Assembly (NCBI GenBank): GCA_051294905.1
Contig: CM119383.1
Location: forward strand, 7,440,001 to 7,504,000
Direction of reading: 5' to 3'
Source of the DNA: Botryllus schlosseri
Taxonomy: Eukaryota
Length of the DNA: 64,000 nucleotides
The notes beneath the pieces were generated by a model. The model was not told where the DNA came from. It worked only from the letters and a program-made list of their open reading frames with translations, and did no database searches. Positions 25,936-40,190 of this stretch are shown in pieces (positions within the stretch are counted from its first letter, which is position 1; each line of letters begins with the position of its first letter). Both the position numbers and the translations under genes were made by a program.

Positions 25936-26338
25936 AATAATTCTTTAAATTTACACGGCACACTGTATCCAAATTCGAACTCACCAGCGAAAGACGTACT
26001 ATGAAAATAATGAACGTATATAGACTTCAGCGCAGATAACCGCTATGTGCGTTTCTTCAACGTCGAGCCACGACCCAAGTCTAGACTGTTGTGCAATATT
26101 GCGCAGTGGCATTCTGCGCTGGTCACGTGGTATTGTTTTCTTCCTGTTTTGTGCTCGGCTTCTGTTAGCATACCTAATATTAGTGCAGTGGATAAATATT
26201 ATCAAAGCATATTAAAGTTAGACGGTGCCCACGATATAGAAACAGTGATAAATTTATGTATTTAGCAATGGAATATCCGCCAAAGAGCACATATGCACGG
26301 AAAACCAGTGAGCCATAAAATAATAGATAGGTGGATTG

Positions 26339-26766
26339 CAGAGATGAGTGGATTTGAAATTTCTATGTCTTAATCCAATCCAAATCCGAACCTTCAAATC
26401 CAAATCCAAATCCTAATCCATTACTTCTTCTTATTCAAGTCCATGTCCAATCCTAATCAGAATCCAACTGAAAATTCAGAAAAAAATACTAATTTATGCA
26501 ATGGAGGGATTCGAAATTTTTTTTTCACAACCAACGATTCACTTGATTCAAGATAACTTAGTAACCATAAGTACATTAATAACTGATTTGAATAAAGTTT
26601 GTCGCCATTCGCCACACGACATTTCAATCTCCCAGAAAATAGGTAAATCCAATCCAAATCCTAATCCGTTCTGAAAAAAATGTCTGATCCAAATCCAATC
26701 CAAATCCGACAAAATTTCACAAATCCTGTATTTTCAAAACCTAATCCTAATCCATGCTCATCTCTG
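26339..26766. mobile_element. hAT MITE with aatcc repeats
   Basis: TIR cagagatgag; TSD gtggattg at 26331-26338 and 26767-26774. Confidence 0.9.
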
Positions 26767-27045
26767 GTGGATTGGGGGAGTGGGGGAGTTATCACATTTG
26801 GTTACGCCACTGGGACGGTGGTTTGTCTGGCTCCTACATTCCTCATCCCCTGCGTCGCTGTTCTTTCAGCATCTTTGCGATAAATTCCGGAGAAAGACCA
26901 GTGAAGGAAGATAAAAAAGATTGAGGAGGCCGAAAGTTCATGATTGACATGACCGATAACACCGTTACATCGGGCATTGATACTAGCACCCCGAGGTGGA
27001 TGCTACATTATGGATTACTAACCTTTATAAAGGCTATGGTTTAAT

Positions 27046-27081
27046 TATAGATTACTAACATACGTAGGTTAGTAATCTGTA
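27046..27081. mobile_element. 36-bp near-perfect palindrome with 7-bp TSD
   Basis: tatagattactaacatacgtaggttagtaatctgta flanked by GTTTAAT at 27039-27045 and 27082-27088. Confidence 0.65.
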
Positions 27082-28364
27082 GTTTAATGGATAGATTGAT
27101 CGTTTCGACCGCCCCATTGTCTTGCATGTCGCTGTCGCATTGTACATTGTTTTTTCAGAGGATTAAAATATTAGGATTACTGATTATGATAGATATGACT
27201 CGTCGAAATACCAGAAGATAATATAAAAACAATAGAAGATTGGAATATGGCAATTTACAAAATACTAATCCCTGTGTACAAAGCAATGAGTGTTAGGCAG
27301 GCATGCTGCTCTAAATAGTTTCTGCTATGTTCATTTGGACAAATAACAGTAGCATTTTTTGATTGACGGGTTTTCATTACAAATACCTAACCTGCGGTAG
27401 GTTAGTTAACTATTTTTTTATCGTCAAATAGCTGGCAACTGCCTTTTCGAACCATCGCGTGATTTTCAGGCGTTTGTTGTTTAGTTACGTCACTGCTCGA
27501 ACGATCAAGCATCGATGAAATTTGGGTTCACTATTGGACGTAGGCGAGCATCGTATGATAGTTGTCGGTGTAGTTGTGGCGTTCAGGCTTCGTATCTCTT
27601 TGAATGCAATGTGCAGGTTTTTGCGTATGTAGAATACAAGGGATCACCATTATCATATTGTAACAGCACGTGCAACGGAGTGTATCGGCGATGGGTTACC
27701 TGTCTGGAACTGGAATCAGTGTCCTGTGCTCACACTATATTTCATTTTTTAAGTATATCAGGCAAAAAGGCCAGCGATTCCAATCAGGGGGTTACGGCGG
27801 GGTGGGGGGTACCGTATTTACTTATCAGCCAGCCGTGAGAAATTTTGAAATACCGACACTGACGGTGCGTGTTATATAGCGTTAGCTGGATCCTGCTGCT
27901 CATGTTCATGTCAGTACATAATAATATTGGTGAGGTTTAACTTACTGCCGGTTACCAGATATGTTTCATGTACATGATTATTACCATGTAATTATGCATT
28001 AGTCGGCCTTATAATAATTAATATTGTGTTCTATGGTTCTGCCCCAGACTGGAATCGGTGGTTGTTTTCGACAACATGTTGTGCGTGACAGACGGATTTC
28101 TCGCGTGATTGAAAAATTTCATCCGCGCGACGGAAATATTTTTCGCTGTGATTCGATACTGAATTATTTATTAAACGACACAATGTGCTAAAATAGACCT
28201 GGTATGCGCCGGACTAGGGTTACGCCGTATATTCGTTGTTGCACAAATGCCACGCTTGCTTGCGATCATTGTAAAGCGCCTTATTCTGGATCCTGACTCT
28301 GTTATCGCTTTGTGACGTCAGCATAATTCATTAATCCCTAGATCTGTACTAAGAGACATATATT

Positions 28365-29100
28365 TTTCACTCTTCCACTCTCACCTCGACTATGGAATCA
28401 TCTTTTGGGGGTTAACTTACGATACCTACTTGAATCAAATCGCAGTTCTCCAAAATAGGGCTATCCGTTTGATAAGTGGCATGGGCCGATACGAGCGTCT
28501 TTCTCCAAGATATAAATCCCTGGGGATATTGAAAGTGCGCGACCTCTGCACTTATGAAATTGCCAAGACCATGTACCGATATCACCATGGTGAATTCCCT
28601 TCTGCTCTTAGCCGCATCTTTACGCCATCTGCCGGTGTCCACTCTCACGGAACTAGATCCGCCACCGCTGGAAATATCTTTATAAAGAATTTAGCCGCTA
28701 GTGTGTGCCAGAGATCCCTAACTTTTGTTGGTCCAAGGATTTGGAACTCCTTATCAATAGAGCACAGAGGTTTGTCATTTGCATCATTCTGTCGGAATTT
28801 TAAGTCTCAGCTCATTTCTACATATTGAGACCTGAGAGTATAATCTGGTATTTATTTTGAACTAGTGTTACAGTTTTTTTTTTTTACTACCACTGTTTTG
28901 CGTTTGCGTTTTGTTGTTTAATCTTTTGTTGAAGTGTTACTGACCGACAGTTGCATGATATAAATGTTCTAACGTTACGCCTTGACTACAGCTGACTTGA
29001 AGACTACACATCTTGATGTGGTCATATCGCTGTGTTTGTCTTTTTTACATATTTGTGTGAACAATCATCGTACGAATAAAGAATCTGTCTGTCTGTCTGT
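28365..29100 (+). mobile_element. 5'-truncated L2/Crack/CR1-group LINE (ORF2 C-terminus, 3' UTR, (CTGT)n tail)
   Basis: HSHLDYGIIFWG...LQNRAIRLISG...LGILKV.DL...GPRIWNSL...FKSQL; aataaagaat(ctgt)n tail. Confidence 0.8.
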
Positions 29101-29904
29101 AATCGGCGTGATCAGATATAAATGTTCGCTTGACGTTGCGCGTGCCGTTGCCACCGATTCCACTCTGGGTTCTGCTTCTGCGTCTGTATGGAATCGTGCT
29201 CACACTATGTTTTATTTTTTTCATTCAATTACTAAAATTACTTCAACTTGGAGAATCATGGCTGCTCACCACGTCACCAGTTATATCAGGCAAAACGTAC
29301 CGAGATTCCAGTAAGGGCTTCTGCGGTATACTCGTGATGCCTGCATCAACCGTTGCCTCAATGTCGTTGTTTTTGGTATATTTTTTTCATAAATAAGTTG
29401 TGGCGGCTCCAACACAATGTCATATCGATCGCCGATCGGTTGACCAATTATGAAAAGACCAAATTATTTTCATTTTGCAGCATTACTATTTCTTATTCTT
29501 TAGTTCTATGCAATTTCATTTTAAACAAAAATCGACCAAACATCAATTCGTAAGAGGGGGGAGATGTGTCTGTTTAGTCGACTTGGTATAAAGTAGCTTA
29601 TTTTTTCACAATATTTGTTAATGCGACAAAGGTTAAGATAAGTTGAAAAGCGGTGCAATAAAAGAAAGTATGTTCACTTGGTTTCGACTTGAAGTTGATA
29701 TGGAAAAAATGAAATAAAAATTGTATATCATTCAAAAAAATTATTTTCCATTTGGGGCTAACCCATTCTACCTAATTGACCATCTACTGTTGTTCTATTA
29801 AAGATGTGCGTGCTGTACTTGGTAATTCATTTCTTCTTTCAGAATTATTACAATTATCTACCAAGGATATAACTGCAAGTACTATAACACATATTGAGGC
29901 AGTG

Positions 29905-32900
29905 ATGGCTGCAACAATCCATGATGAAGATCATGGCTTCCTAGATATGAATTTTGATGACCAGAACCTTAGTAACTGCTTTCTTGATCCATCGGATTTA
30001 CCACGAGATATGGACTTCTCATCGTTCGACAAGTCTTGGATGAACGGAATCAACCTTGAAGAGATATTGGAGACTATAAAAGACCCCAAGGAGGGCGCCG
30101 TAATCAAGTCGCCTGTTTCAGAAACTGTTGGCAATCAAACTCTGAATGACTTGCTAAATGCCCCTCCCACTCGTCCTTACGCTGCAACAGCGGCCTGTGA
30201 TACATCATTCACCGACCCCACATTAGCGGCAAGATCGCCTCCGCAAATTGTACCGACTGGTCAAAAAATTATCCAACCAGCGTCACCTCCAGAAATCAAA
30301 CCTGACGTTGCACAGTACTCCACGGTTCCCATCATGGTAATGCCTAGTAATGATTCGATTACTGTTGATAAACAACCGATCCTATTGAACTTACCACACC
30401 CATTCATTGTGCAGCCGACAACCACCAACACCATTCAATTGCAAAACAATACTCCCGTGCAGATGGTATCCGCTACCCAAACTGCAGTGCTGCAGAACAC
30501 AACTGTTACAAATTTTGTGGGTAATGGGAATAATCCAACTAGAACTCCGGAAACCGATCTCATTGGTCTTCTCCAACAAAACCCTCAATTCGGTACCAAA
30601 GTGACCAACGCCGCTAACTCAAAACCGCTTTCACAGCACACTGTCCCTATGACGTTGGATGACGGTATGAGTTTGGGAGCGATACCTCCTGCCGCGCTTG
30701 AAGACAAACACAACATGCAACTAAAAGACGAACCACCGAAAAGATCGTCCCATAACGCGATCGAAAAAAGATACCGTTGCTCCATCAATGATAAAATAGC
30801 GGAGCTTCGTGATATGCTCATGACAAAGGACGCAAAATCTAACAAAGCAGCCGTCTTGAAAAAGGCGATAGACTATATCAAGTTCCTTACTAATGCTAAT
30901 AAGCGACTGAGGACGGAAAATGCATTTTTAAGAAAGCATTTGAATCCTGACAACAAAGTCACAGTTCGTGATCTCATTGAAAACAGCCCGCAAGCTCCCA
31001 TTGATATGAATTCCGATGCGGGTTCACCGGAAAGTTTCTTCGGTCCTATTGGCGGCTTTCCGACACCGCCACATTCTGATCCGGATTCAACCGTGGCTGA
31101 TAGCCCTCAGTCGATGGATGAATGTATGACTGCTGCCGAAGTTGAAGCAGTAAACTCTAAAAGGCGGCTGACCAGTTCTGCATCTATCGGTTTATTCATG
31201 GTCTCGATGCTGATACTGAACCCTATTGGTGTAATGTTCAACTACTTGAGTCCGAGTTTTGTGGGCGTGGATTCTGACGCGGTGAACATAGGCAGAAAGA
31301 CTCTCGGACAGGAACAGTCTTACCTTGAACAATCGTGGGGCTGGAACCTGGCATGGTTTTTGAATATTATTGTCACCCTGGGGATTTTCTTCAAATTTTT
31401 CGTCTGGCATCGTCCTGTGTCGGAATCTCTTGGAAAATCATCCAAATACTGGCAGTTCCGAAAACAAGCAGACAGTGATATTGCCAAGCGCAACTGGTCT
31501 GCGGCCACCCAGCAACTTCATCAATGCCTTGTTCAGCTCGATAAACCTCACGACGTGTCCAAGTTTCACACTTTCAAAGCGTTCTTACTGGCTTCGGTAT
31601 ATGTGTTGTTAGGCCGCTTGAGAATTGTCAGACGCCTGTCTCACCGTAGATCAATGCAAGCAGCGTCGGTCAAGATGAGATCTTCGTGGGATGTTGCAGG
31701 AATATACCACAAGTTGAATGAACTAAGGTTGGCTGGTCGTGCTACAGACGAGCAGTGTCCTCTGTTCTTTGCATTGTCTGCTGTGAATTACGCGGAATCC
31801 GCCGGGGCTACGGGGCGAGGTATGGTTGAAATTTACCTTGGTGCGGCGTTGAGATGCAAGCGTTCCACGAACCAAGTGGCCAAGTTCTTCTCGAAGCTGC
31901 TGTTCGCGAAAGTGCGGTACTTGGTGAAGAATGATAAGATTGGTAAACTTTCTACTTTGAAATGGATTTGCCACGCCGAAACTCGTGCTTTCATCCACGA
32001 AGAAAAGGCTCTTTCACAAAAAGATTTTCGTGGAGACACCGAACTGTTTCCGAACGATGACCACGTTGACGTCGTTGAACTTTTTGGAAAATGCCTCGCT
32101 AGAAGAATGCTTGCAAAGGCTTTGCATTCCTTGGTACTCCCTGACGTTGAAAACGCGTCGAAGAAATCTGATATACCTGGAGCTGTGGATTTATGCGGCG
32201 CTGCTCTTCATTATATCGAGCTTGCGAGGGATTGCTCCGTTGTGGGAGGAAAGTCGGACGCAGTGTGGAATTGGTGGTGTAATATGATTTCTGTCGCTGT
32301 ACATTGGCAGTGTGGAAGTGACGATTTGGCCAATCAGTTGGTGCGGGATATTGAAGACATTCCGAAGCATCTTCAAGCCAGTAACAATCCCATATGTCTG
32401 TCACTGTTTGCAGCGTTTTCCGCTCGGCAGGACTGCACCAAGCTAGATTATAACGAGAAACAGAAATTCACGGTGGAGACTAAAATTAATGGAAAGTGTG
32501 AAATTGCCGAGAAGTTTTTGAACGAGAGTCTGATTTGCTCGAAGTCAAATGCCCAGCTCGAAAACGCACTTCACCTTATTACTTGCGACTGGCTTTTGTC
32601 ATGTCGAGTGATGGTTTGGCAGCATGTCTATTGCTCTGACAATGTGACGGCACGAGCGCCGATAAGCCTTCTCTCGGGATTTAATCGTGACCTTTGCTCC
32701 TTGAGACGCATCGCTCGGAAAATGGCCGCCGTCATGCCGCTGGTGTACTTGAATGAGGCGATCGAGCGACTCATGGCCAGCGCTTGTCCGATGAGAACGC
32801 AGCAGCTGCTGAGTCGAACGTTGAGGAAGCGTCACCCTTCCGACAAATCGAACAGCGAGTCGAGGGAGGGGGCCGCGGCGCTGATGATGGCCAGCAGACA

Positions 32901-33060
32901 CTTGCCGTATCCTTTGCTGTCGGTGCCGGGGCAAAAGGCCGATCTGGTGTCGAAGGCTATGAGTACTTTAGAGAAGATAGGCGATCAACGGGGTATGAAA
33001 GATTGTCGTCGAATGCTTTTGAGACTGGGCTCGTCGAGTCCCGCGTCTGTTACGACTTGA
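29905..33060 (+). CDS. SREBF: Sterol regulatory element-binding protein precursor, single coding exon (~1051 aa from ATG 29905)
   Basis: bHLH-Zip with the diagnostic Tyr ([16 protein letters not shown]); TM1 with NP helix break (LILNPIG); luminal S1P site RKTL; TM2; long C-terminal regulatory domain. Confidence 0.95.
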   Translation: MAATIHDEDHGFLDMNFDDQNLSNCFLDPSDLPRDMDFSSFDKSWMNGINLEEILETIKDPKEGAVIKSPVSETVGNQTLNDLLNAPPTRPYAATAACDTSFTDPTLAARSPPQIVPTGQKIIQPASPPEIKPDVAQYSTVPIMVMPSNDSITVDKQPILLNLPHPFIVQPTTTNTIQLQNNTPVQMVSATQTAVLQNTTVTNFVGNGNNPTRTPETDLIGLLQQNPQFGTKVTNAANSKPLSQHTVPMTLDDGMSLGAIPPAALEDKHNMQLKDEPPKRSSHNAIEKRYRCSINDKIAELRDMLMTKDAKSNKAAVLKKAIDYIKFLTNANKRLRTENAFLRKHLNPDNKVTVRDLIENSPQAPIDMNSDAGSPESFFGPIGGFPTPPHSDPDSTVADSPQSMDECMTAAEVEAVNSKRRLTSSASIGLFMVSMLILNPIGVMFNYLSPSFVGVDSDAVNIGRKTLGQEQSYLEQSWGWNLAWFLNIIVTLGIFFKFFVWHRPVSESLGKSSKYWQFRKQADSDIAKRNWSAATQQLHQCLVQLDKPHDVSKFHTFKAFLLASVYVLLGRLRIVRRLSHRRSMQAASVKMRSSWDVAGIYHKLNELRLAGRATDEQCPLFFALSAVNYAESAGATGRGMVEIYLGAALRCKRSTNQVAKFFSKLLFAKVRYLVKNDKIGKLSTLKWICHAETRAFIHEEKALSQKDFRGDTELFPNDDHVDVVELFGKCLARRMLAKALHSLVLPDVENASKKSDIPGAVDLCGAALHYIELARDCSVVGGKSDAVWNWWCNMISVAVHWQCGSDDLANQLVRDIEDIPKHLQASNNPICLSLFAAFSARQDCTKLDYNEKQKFTVETKINGKCEIAEKFLNESLICSKSNAQLENALHLITCDWLLSCRVMVWQHVYCSDNVTARAPISLLSGFNRDLCSLRRIARKMAAVMPLVYLNEAIERLMASACPMRTQQLLSRTLRKRHPSDKSNSESREGAAALMMASRHLPYPLLSVPGQKADLVSKAMSTLEKIGDQRGMKDCRRMLLRLGSSSPASVTT

Positions 33061-34507
33061 AATGCGACGTTTGTGTGTACTTTTTTATGATACTTGTAAA
33101 TAGTGTAATAAATCTTCTCTTCTTATTATGATGATGAGCCAGGCTGCTGAGTATACCAGCTCGTGAAGGGTATAATATGACATATCCACATCAAAATGTC
33201 ACGATCATAGCATAAGCGAGTTATAGTTTATGAATGTGTGAGGATCATAAATAGCCAAAGTAGTCGGTGCTGATTGCTTGAATAAAAATACATAAGTAGC
33301 AATTTTCCAAGACCTTTCGAGACTTTAGTTTGAATATACAGATTGGGCGATGCGTCACTGCCAAGTTTTGTTCAATCGCAGCAGTCAGAATTACTAGAAG
33401 CATCTTAGCAGAGTAATGCCACGAATCACCGTATTTAGTGAACTTGAATTCTGTTGTATGAGCACATGAACTTTATTGCCAAATTGTTACGACAATTTCA
33501 CTCATAAAAGCGATGAAAACTGTTCAAATGCTGGATTGGTAAAATTCATTTGACTTCGAAAACGTCTGATGTCAAAGTAGTGTAAAATCTTGAGTAAGTA
33601 GGGCGGCAGTAGGCGATGAACTTGGAGTGGTTATTGGCTATGCTAGGTAGCCTATGCCACATCGTGTAATTATCTTGGGTATGCGGTATGCCCACAATTT
33701 CGTTGTTTTCAGCAAAACCTTGCTGGCCAATTGTGTAGCTTGACAACAAAACAAAATGATCGCTATGTAGGCTATTTCGCATAACGTTGTGACTCATATC
33801 TCAGTAAAAAACACCTTATCTATCATTCATCGATTAGACGAGCAAATACTCATTCTCTCAAGCAGAGGCGTTCAATCTTTTTGGCAGTCACGACCGCATT
33901 TCGATTGGCCTACTTATAGCGTACACGGCCGCGTAGTGTACCGGCTGGACGCTTAATAGCCATGCTAAATTGGCTACTGTAGTAGTTCGCATCGCGAGCA
34001 GTCCTTGCGACGTCTGTTCCATCATGGTTCTCTTGTGAAATACATTGCGAATGAAAGAGTATAATTGTATGAGAAGAACGCCAAATCTAATGAACTAGGG
34101 TTACCATACGTCCTCCTTTAGAAGGATTTGTCCTCGTTTTTCAGGTCTCTATTGTGTGATCAACAATTATACACTTCTGGGCGTGCGGTAACCCCCTCGC
34201 GATTAAGATTTACAGCAAAGTGAGGGAGTAGTCTGATCTCAAAGACTACTCCATGATGAAATTTTATGAATAAACTTGAACGATTACATTGGAAAGTATA
34301 ATCGCGAATACCTTTATTTTGCTTCATAGAACTTAAGATATATTTTCAATACAACGATTGCGATGAAAGGAGAGGACAACTTTCTTCTTAAATGACGTCA
34401 TTTACTGTTTACGTCATAATATACCCATTGGTCAACTTTATAGCTTGCGATTTCTCGCACCCAATAATTTGCATTCCAGCCGGGGCCGTAATCAAACCTC
34501 CCTGTTT

Positions 34508-34683
34508 AGAGTCAAGTGTACCTGTTTGATGCTGGTGTGATCAGACTAGATGACCTTCACGATCATTCCTATCTAATACCGAATACTGTGTGCACAATGT
34601 GCAATGTGCATGCATATTTTCTGTACCGCCATCACTGCCGTGTGTTATGCATTTTGGTTGGATGAAAATAAAGACTCTCTCTC
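34508..34683 (+). mobile_element. Second copy of the non-LTR 3' end with (CT)n tail
   Basis: Matches 4755-4932. Confidence 0.65.
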
Positions 34684-35776
34684 CAATTGGGATAGGGATC
34701 GAGCTCATAGGGGACACAAAATTATTTCGTAAATCAACATATAATTTTAGAGTATCTTCGAGAGAATGAAGTAACTTGAAAAATTTGTTTACGCTTCGCG
34801 ATATGTCTCTATAAGTATCTTGGTTTTGACACGCCCGTCTCCCCCGTCAATAAAAAAAATGTGCGTAGTCTATTGAAACAGGCATTCCGGTGCCGCGGCC
34901 ATTACCGCGCCACGACACATCAAGACACATGCAGTTTCGGTTCAGCCAACATGCGACTCCGCGATGTGTGCTACCATAGAAAGCCCTTGGCCAAAACTTT
35001 AGGGTTCTGTTAAAAACAAAAATAAATATAAAACAAACACTCTTTTTTTGAAGCCGTGACGTCACTCATATTCAATTGTCACGTCATAGTGGATTGATAT
35101 TCACAATTGAAAATATAGGCTAAATATAACTCCTTTGACGAAATACTCTTTGAAATGAACCCATGCCATATAGGCTACACATAACCAAAATATCGTTAAA
35201 CAGGCGATTACATCGTCTCGCGGCATTTTTACTGTCGGCTTTCATCATCATATAGAACATTCATTCTGTATCTACGTAGGCTACTATAGCTATTGAACCG
35301 ACTATTTCGAGGGTTCCAACCATCCCATATCGTATAGGTCTGCTACATCGGATAATCGTCGTCCGTACGCTCATATACAACATGGTTTGGTAAGCATATT
35401 ACACAATTATGGCATAATTATACAACTTTTAAAAGGCATTGTTTAAAACACTGTTTTAAATTCCACCCTAGCCGAAACGTTGTGCATGTGTCCATTGCCC
35501 ATAATCGCGCTGTATGAACGCGGCGAATAATCCTTTACTCCCAATCCGCGCCCCACAATACAAATGCCACCCGGGACGTTCACAGCGGAAAATGATGCAA
35601 CCCGTGAAGAAATGCGACAATTTCTGCGTGCGTCTCACGAAAGTTTTCATTTAGTCTTCTCAAATTGCGGGGATGGAGAGCGGTCTGTCAGTCTGCGATT
35701 GTATACGGGAAGTCCGTGGTCTACGGATAGCAGCTTATAGTATATACTTAACTGGCAGTAGCTGACACGAACGTCC

Positions 35777-35962
35777 TGTGTAGTTCTTGACTGTAGTTCA
35801 ATAGACACAAACAATTGCCTTTTCCAGATATATTGTACGGACGGTATATCAATTCGGATACAAGCAGTAGGTTAGCGTACATGAGTCTCTCTGAGTCAAC
35901 TTTGATATGCACTGGGTTATAACTATGCGATAAGTCACGTGACGTAATATTATACCATAACA
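35777..35962 (-). mobile_element. Possible solo LTR
   Basis: TGTTATG...gtcaagaactacaCA termini resembling the neighbouring Gypsy LTR; no TSD seen. Confidence 0.35.
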
Positions 35963-36159
35963 GATATAGGAGAGAGAAGGGGCCAGAGCTCCACATTATA
36001 TAGCAAAAGTATGTAGCAGGGATGTCACGAATTAGCAACATCAATAAATTAATAATAACAACGTGGGCTTTAACCAGATATACCGGTAAATCTGACCGCG
36101 GGGGCTAAATGAGGATAAAAAATGAATAAATATAGTGATATAAACATGCTGACGAAATT

Positions 36160-37688
36160 CAGTCATGAACTTTTTTCACTTTTGGCACGACTTGAAAGCA
36201 AACAGTGGCTTGTCGCCGTACGCTACGAAAGAGCAATGGTATGCTGAGAGTTTCGGAGAGCCCAAAGTTTTGTACCCAGTCAATCCCACCATGGCGGAGG
36301 GTGCACCAGTGTCCCACTGTGTCGGCAACGGAATGCCGTTGATGCTGGAGTTGATCCGGAGCTGGTTTCCTACTCGTCGATATAATTGATCGATGTCGAA
36401 GGGGAGGAGCGGCACTGAGCAGAAATTGACGGATGTGACCTGCTGCGTGATACTAGGTTTGGTAGACATGCACACAGCTTTGATATGACATTTTACGACC
36501 ACATTGCTGACATACTGCATGTCGATATTGACAGTCTTTTCTCTGGTGATCGATGAAACAGCGGCTGCAGGATTTCAGTCTTTCCGAGAAGTTGCCCTGG
36601 ATGGATCTGGAAGTTTTTTCCCCTTCTGATAACTTCCCGTCATTTTGTTGACGATGGAAGTTTCTTTGTCGCTACTCTCGCCCTGGATAACCCGATCAGT
36701 TTCCAGCGTTCTCACGTATGTTGCGGCTACTTTGAGAACGTCGTCGAGGGATGGATTGGTTTGTGTTAGACAATACCGTCTCACATCCGCGTACGGCGTT
36801 TCTTTAATGATGAGATCGCGCATTAGCTCATCAACGTAGCTCTGATCACAGCCTTCTCTGCAGCATGTGAAGTTGCAATCCTTGAAGATTCCGCGTAGAG
36901 TATAGCGATCCAATCGGCGTACGATTGTCCAGGCTGCATTTTGCAATTGTAAAATTCGTACCTGGCAGCTTGCACATGAATTGAGTCCTTGAAGTGTGTA
37001 TAGACAACTTCTCAGTCAACGCGTCGAAGGATTGCGCACTGACATCAGCGGCACCAAACAAATTACGTAGGAGCGAGTACGTTTCAGGTCCGACCCATGA
37101 GAGTAGACACGCCCTTTTCTTCTCCATGTTGGAATTTGGAAATGCCGTAAATTGCTAGGTGATGGTTGAATCGTTGCAGATATTGGTCCCACTTCTCCTT
37201 TGATTTTACAAATGAATCAAACTTGGGAGCGGTAGCTTCAGATGTTGACGCACCGGGACTCAACCTCTGCACCAATTGCGATATGGCCTCCTCATGCTGC
37301 AGCTTTTGCTGTGCCATATCTTCTTTGTGCTGTGCGCGTTGTTCAGCCATCATTTCCTGCTGCTTCTCTAGAAGCTTCAATATACTTGCGTCCATAATGT
37401 ATCTCAGTCGCAGAAAAAATATGAATCCGACTTCTGACACCAATTGTTATGTTCTTGATCTTGTTTGAACAATAACTCAATGCGACGAGGTTGCAATAAG
37501 AAATCAGTATAACTTATTTACGGCAGCGACACGATCCCGAGTGCAGTTAAATGAAAGACCACGAGACAACAGAACACAGGGTATAAATACAAGCACGACA
37601 CACGAGGAAATAATGATTGGCTGTAATTACTAATCCTATAGAAAGAAAGAGTTGCACGACACTAAAACGTAAATGCACGAACATAACA
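36160..37688 (-). mobile_element. Truncated Ty3/Gypsy LTR retrotransposon (5' LTR, PBS, frameshifted gag, protease)
   Basis: LTR 37688-37445 with 10-bp terminal IR tgttatgttc / gaacataaca; PBS tggtgtcagaagt (tRNA-Leu type); gag ...FDSFVKSKEKWDQYLQRF...ACLLSWVGPETYSLLRNL; protease INGIPLPTQWDTGA. RT, integrase and 3' LTR not found. Confidence 0.85.
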
Positions 37689-40190
37689 GTTTGAACAGTG
37701 CAGTGGGAAATTCGGGACGTATGGCAAGTTGGCAACCCCATTATACAATCACACATTCACACTACTACATTTACTCCGAATATCTATTTACTACGTAACG
37801 TGTGGATGATAATTCATTACGCAATGACGAGCAAATTTAATACTTGTGACGTAATAATGGGCAGTGGCATTTGAAAATCCGACGTTTCTGCCATTATTAA
37901 CCTGGTTTATCTCGCACTCGCTTCACTGTTCAAGAATGTTCAATGTTTAGTTTATGTCATGGTCCTTGTACAAATAAAAAGTAATCGTTTTTTTCCGTAA
38001 AGAAATCGACTAGACATATGAAATAGTCGATTACGATTACGGTTACATCGGATTTGTTTCGAATGTAATCGATTGTGGTCACGAGTATTTGAAAATGCTG
38101 CTGCTCCTCAAGATTACTGGACCACGACCTGGCCTGTCGATCTCGCCTTCCGTGACATACCCGACATTTTGACGCCCCAGTGGTGGGGTAAAGTATTAAA
38201 ACGACCGTTGCGCCCAGCACATATGGTCATATAGCCCCAACAACTTCACTTCAGTTCTGCACTTCTCTATCAATAATCACTACTTTATGACCTCATCTGC
38301 ATAGAGATACAATTGTGTGTGTAAGAGTAATTTCCCATATGTAACATACGCATAGCTTACAATATTATGCATTTTCTTTATTCTGTTTGGATAGCAACGA
38401 TGACAGTAATGGGAAGCACCGAGAATTGATGTGAACGGGTAATGTCACATAATATGACGGCATCAACTATCAGCATGCGTGCATCATGACTATATATCTA
38501 TTGCGCATATTGTCCATGACTATAGAAACTGTGTAGCTCGTAAGTAGTGCAATGCAGTGAGAGAGTGAACCAGCACGTCGGTCTTGTATCATTTCCTTTT
38601 TATCAACGACTTTGGAAATAGCGCCGAGGGTCTTTTACCAAGATAGATGAGGAAGTCAGCATGATATAGAAAGTATAGTAAAACCAAATGTGACCTGTTA
38701 GCTATCGGGCTGTAACCTGTAGGAGAGTGGAGCGCGTAGGGTAAGCTACAGTACACGGAGTGAAATGCAGATATAGCATTGGATCCGTCCGTGGGTCATC
38801 CACTGTCCTTCGAGATAGAATTGGATTGTGTACTTTTTGCAACATTTAACAGACATCAGTAGGCCTAAAAACATACTTATCAGGACCATTATTCACCGAA
38901 ATTCTTGTATGTTTACAGCAGAATATCAGATGTTGGACTGATAAACAATTATTCAAACGTCTGATAACTGGCGAAATCTTCTTATTCGCTGTAATGTCAG
39001 AGTCAAGTCGATTCTCAAAAATACTGGACAGGTTGTTCTTTTGTTGCGCGAATCAAAAGTCGGCAAAGTGAGTTCATAATCATTTCTCGACGACCCATTT
39101 CGATAGCGAATGTATGCAAAAACGCAATTGCATGACTAATTGACTTCCTTTCAGCGAAGTATGTATGGCAATATTATGTGTGAAGACGGCATATAGTTTC
39201 CACTTACTACTGAGTTACTATATAGTAAGATCAAGATCGGTCAAGATAACGGCTGTTATTGAATAGGTGAAAGAATTTTTGTCCTGAACACGTGCGTTAA
39301 TGTGAACTCTTTAAGGCGGGTGTTTCCATCGAATATACAGCACAAGACACGGTGCTTGAGTGGCGTATGTAGTTAGTCTCGTAAACATGGAAGAAATGTC
39401 AAACATACGGCCCACGGGTCAGATCCGGGTCGCGAAGCAATTATGAGTAAATGAAAAAAAGCTTGTTGTATCCAGCAGATTAATAATAAGGGCTGGCCTA
39501 AACCCGCATCACCTCTAAAAAAGAGATCATAGAAATTCAAATTTACAAGTTTGCGAGTAAAGGTGTGTTACAAGTTGCTAGAATAGTGCCCCTATGCCTA
39601 TAATCCCTAATATTTGACATCATGGATAGAATAGAATCTGGGCCCTAGGGCCTCTAGACGATAATGCTGCATCCAACCGAAAAAACAAGGGGTTTGTGGA
39701 TCTGGAGATAACACTGGGATTCTATTTGTCTGGTCCGGTCCGGAAGCGATATTAAGGTTTGAATACGGCCCGTGACCCAAATTGAAGCTGACGTCCCTGA
39801 TTTAGGGTATTTTGAGGAGCATCTTTGCGCCATACCAGGTAAAATATTTGCAATTGCTTTGAACTGACAATGTACAAATGTAGTGTAGCCATGCATGGAT
39901 AGCATTATCGGCTTGCAAGAGCGGTGATTCATTCATTAAAACCTATACGTAACTCATGGTTATGTAGCGTATTCTATATGAGACTCTGTAGCTAAGTAAT
40001 AATGTTTGCATTTTAAGAACTCCAGTGAGTCAAAATGCCATCGCACAGACATCCGGAGATGATGCCGAAGTAAGTCTAATATTTCAATTATTATAGTATA
40101 TCTCAGGGGCGCGCACCGGCTCGCGAGTCGCACGCAGCTCTAGCCTTTGATGCGTTCTTTAATGATTGCAGCATTTTAGTGATTGCACAA

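Noticed and set aside
29776-29904. N-terminal extension of the SREBP ORF, and likewise 7300-7338 for MED8 and 58345-58350 for BRMS1L
   Set aside because: These start at non-ATG codons in the ORF track; the first in-frame ATG was used instead.
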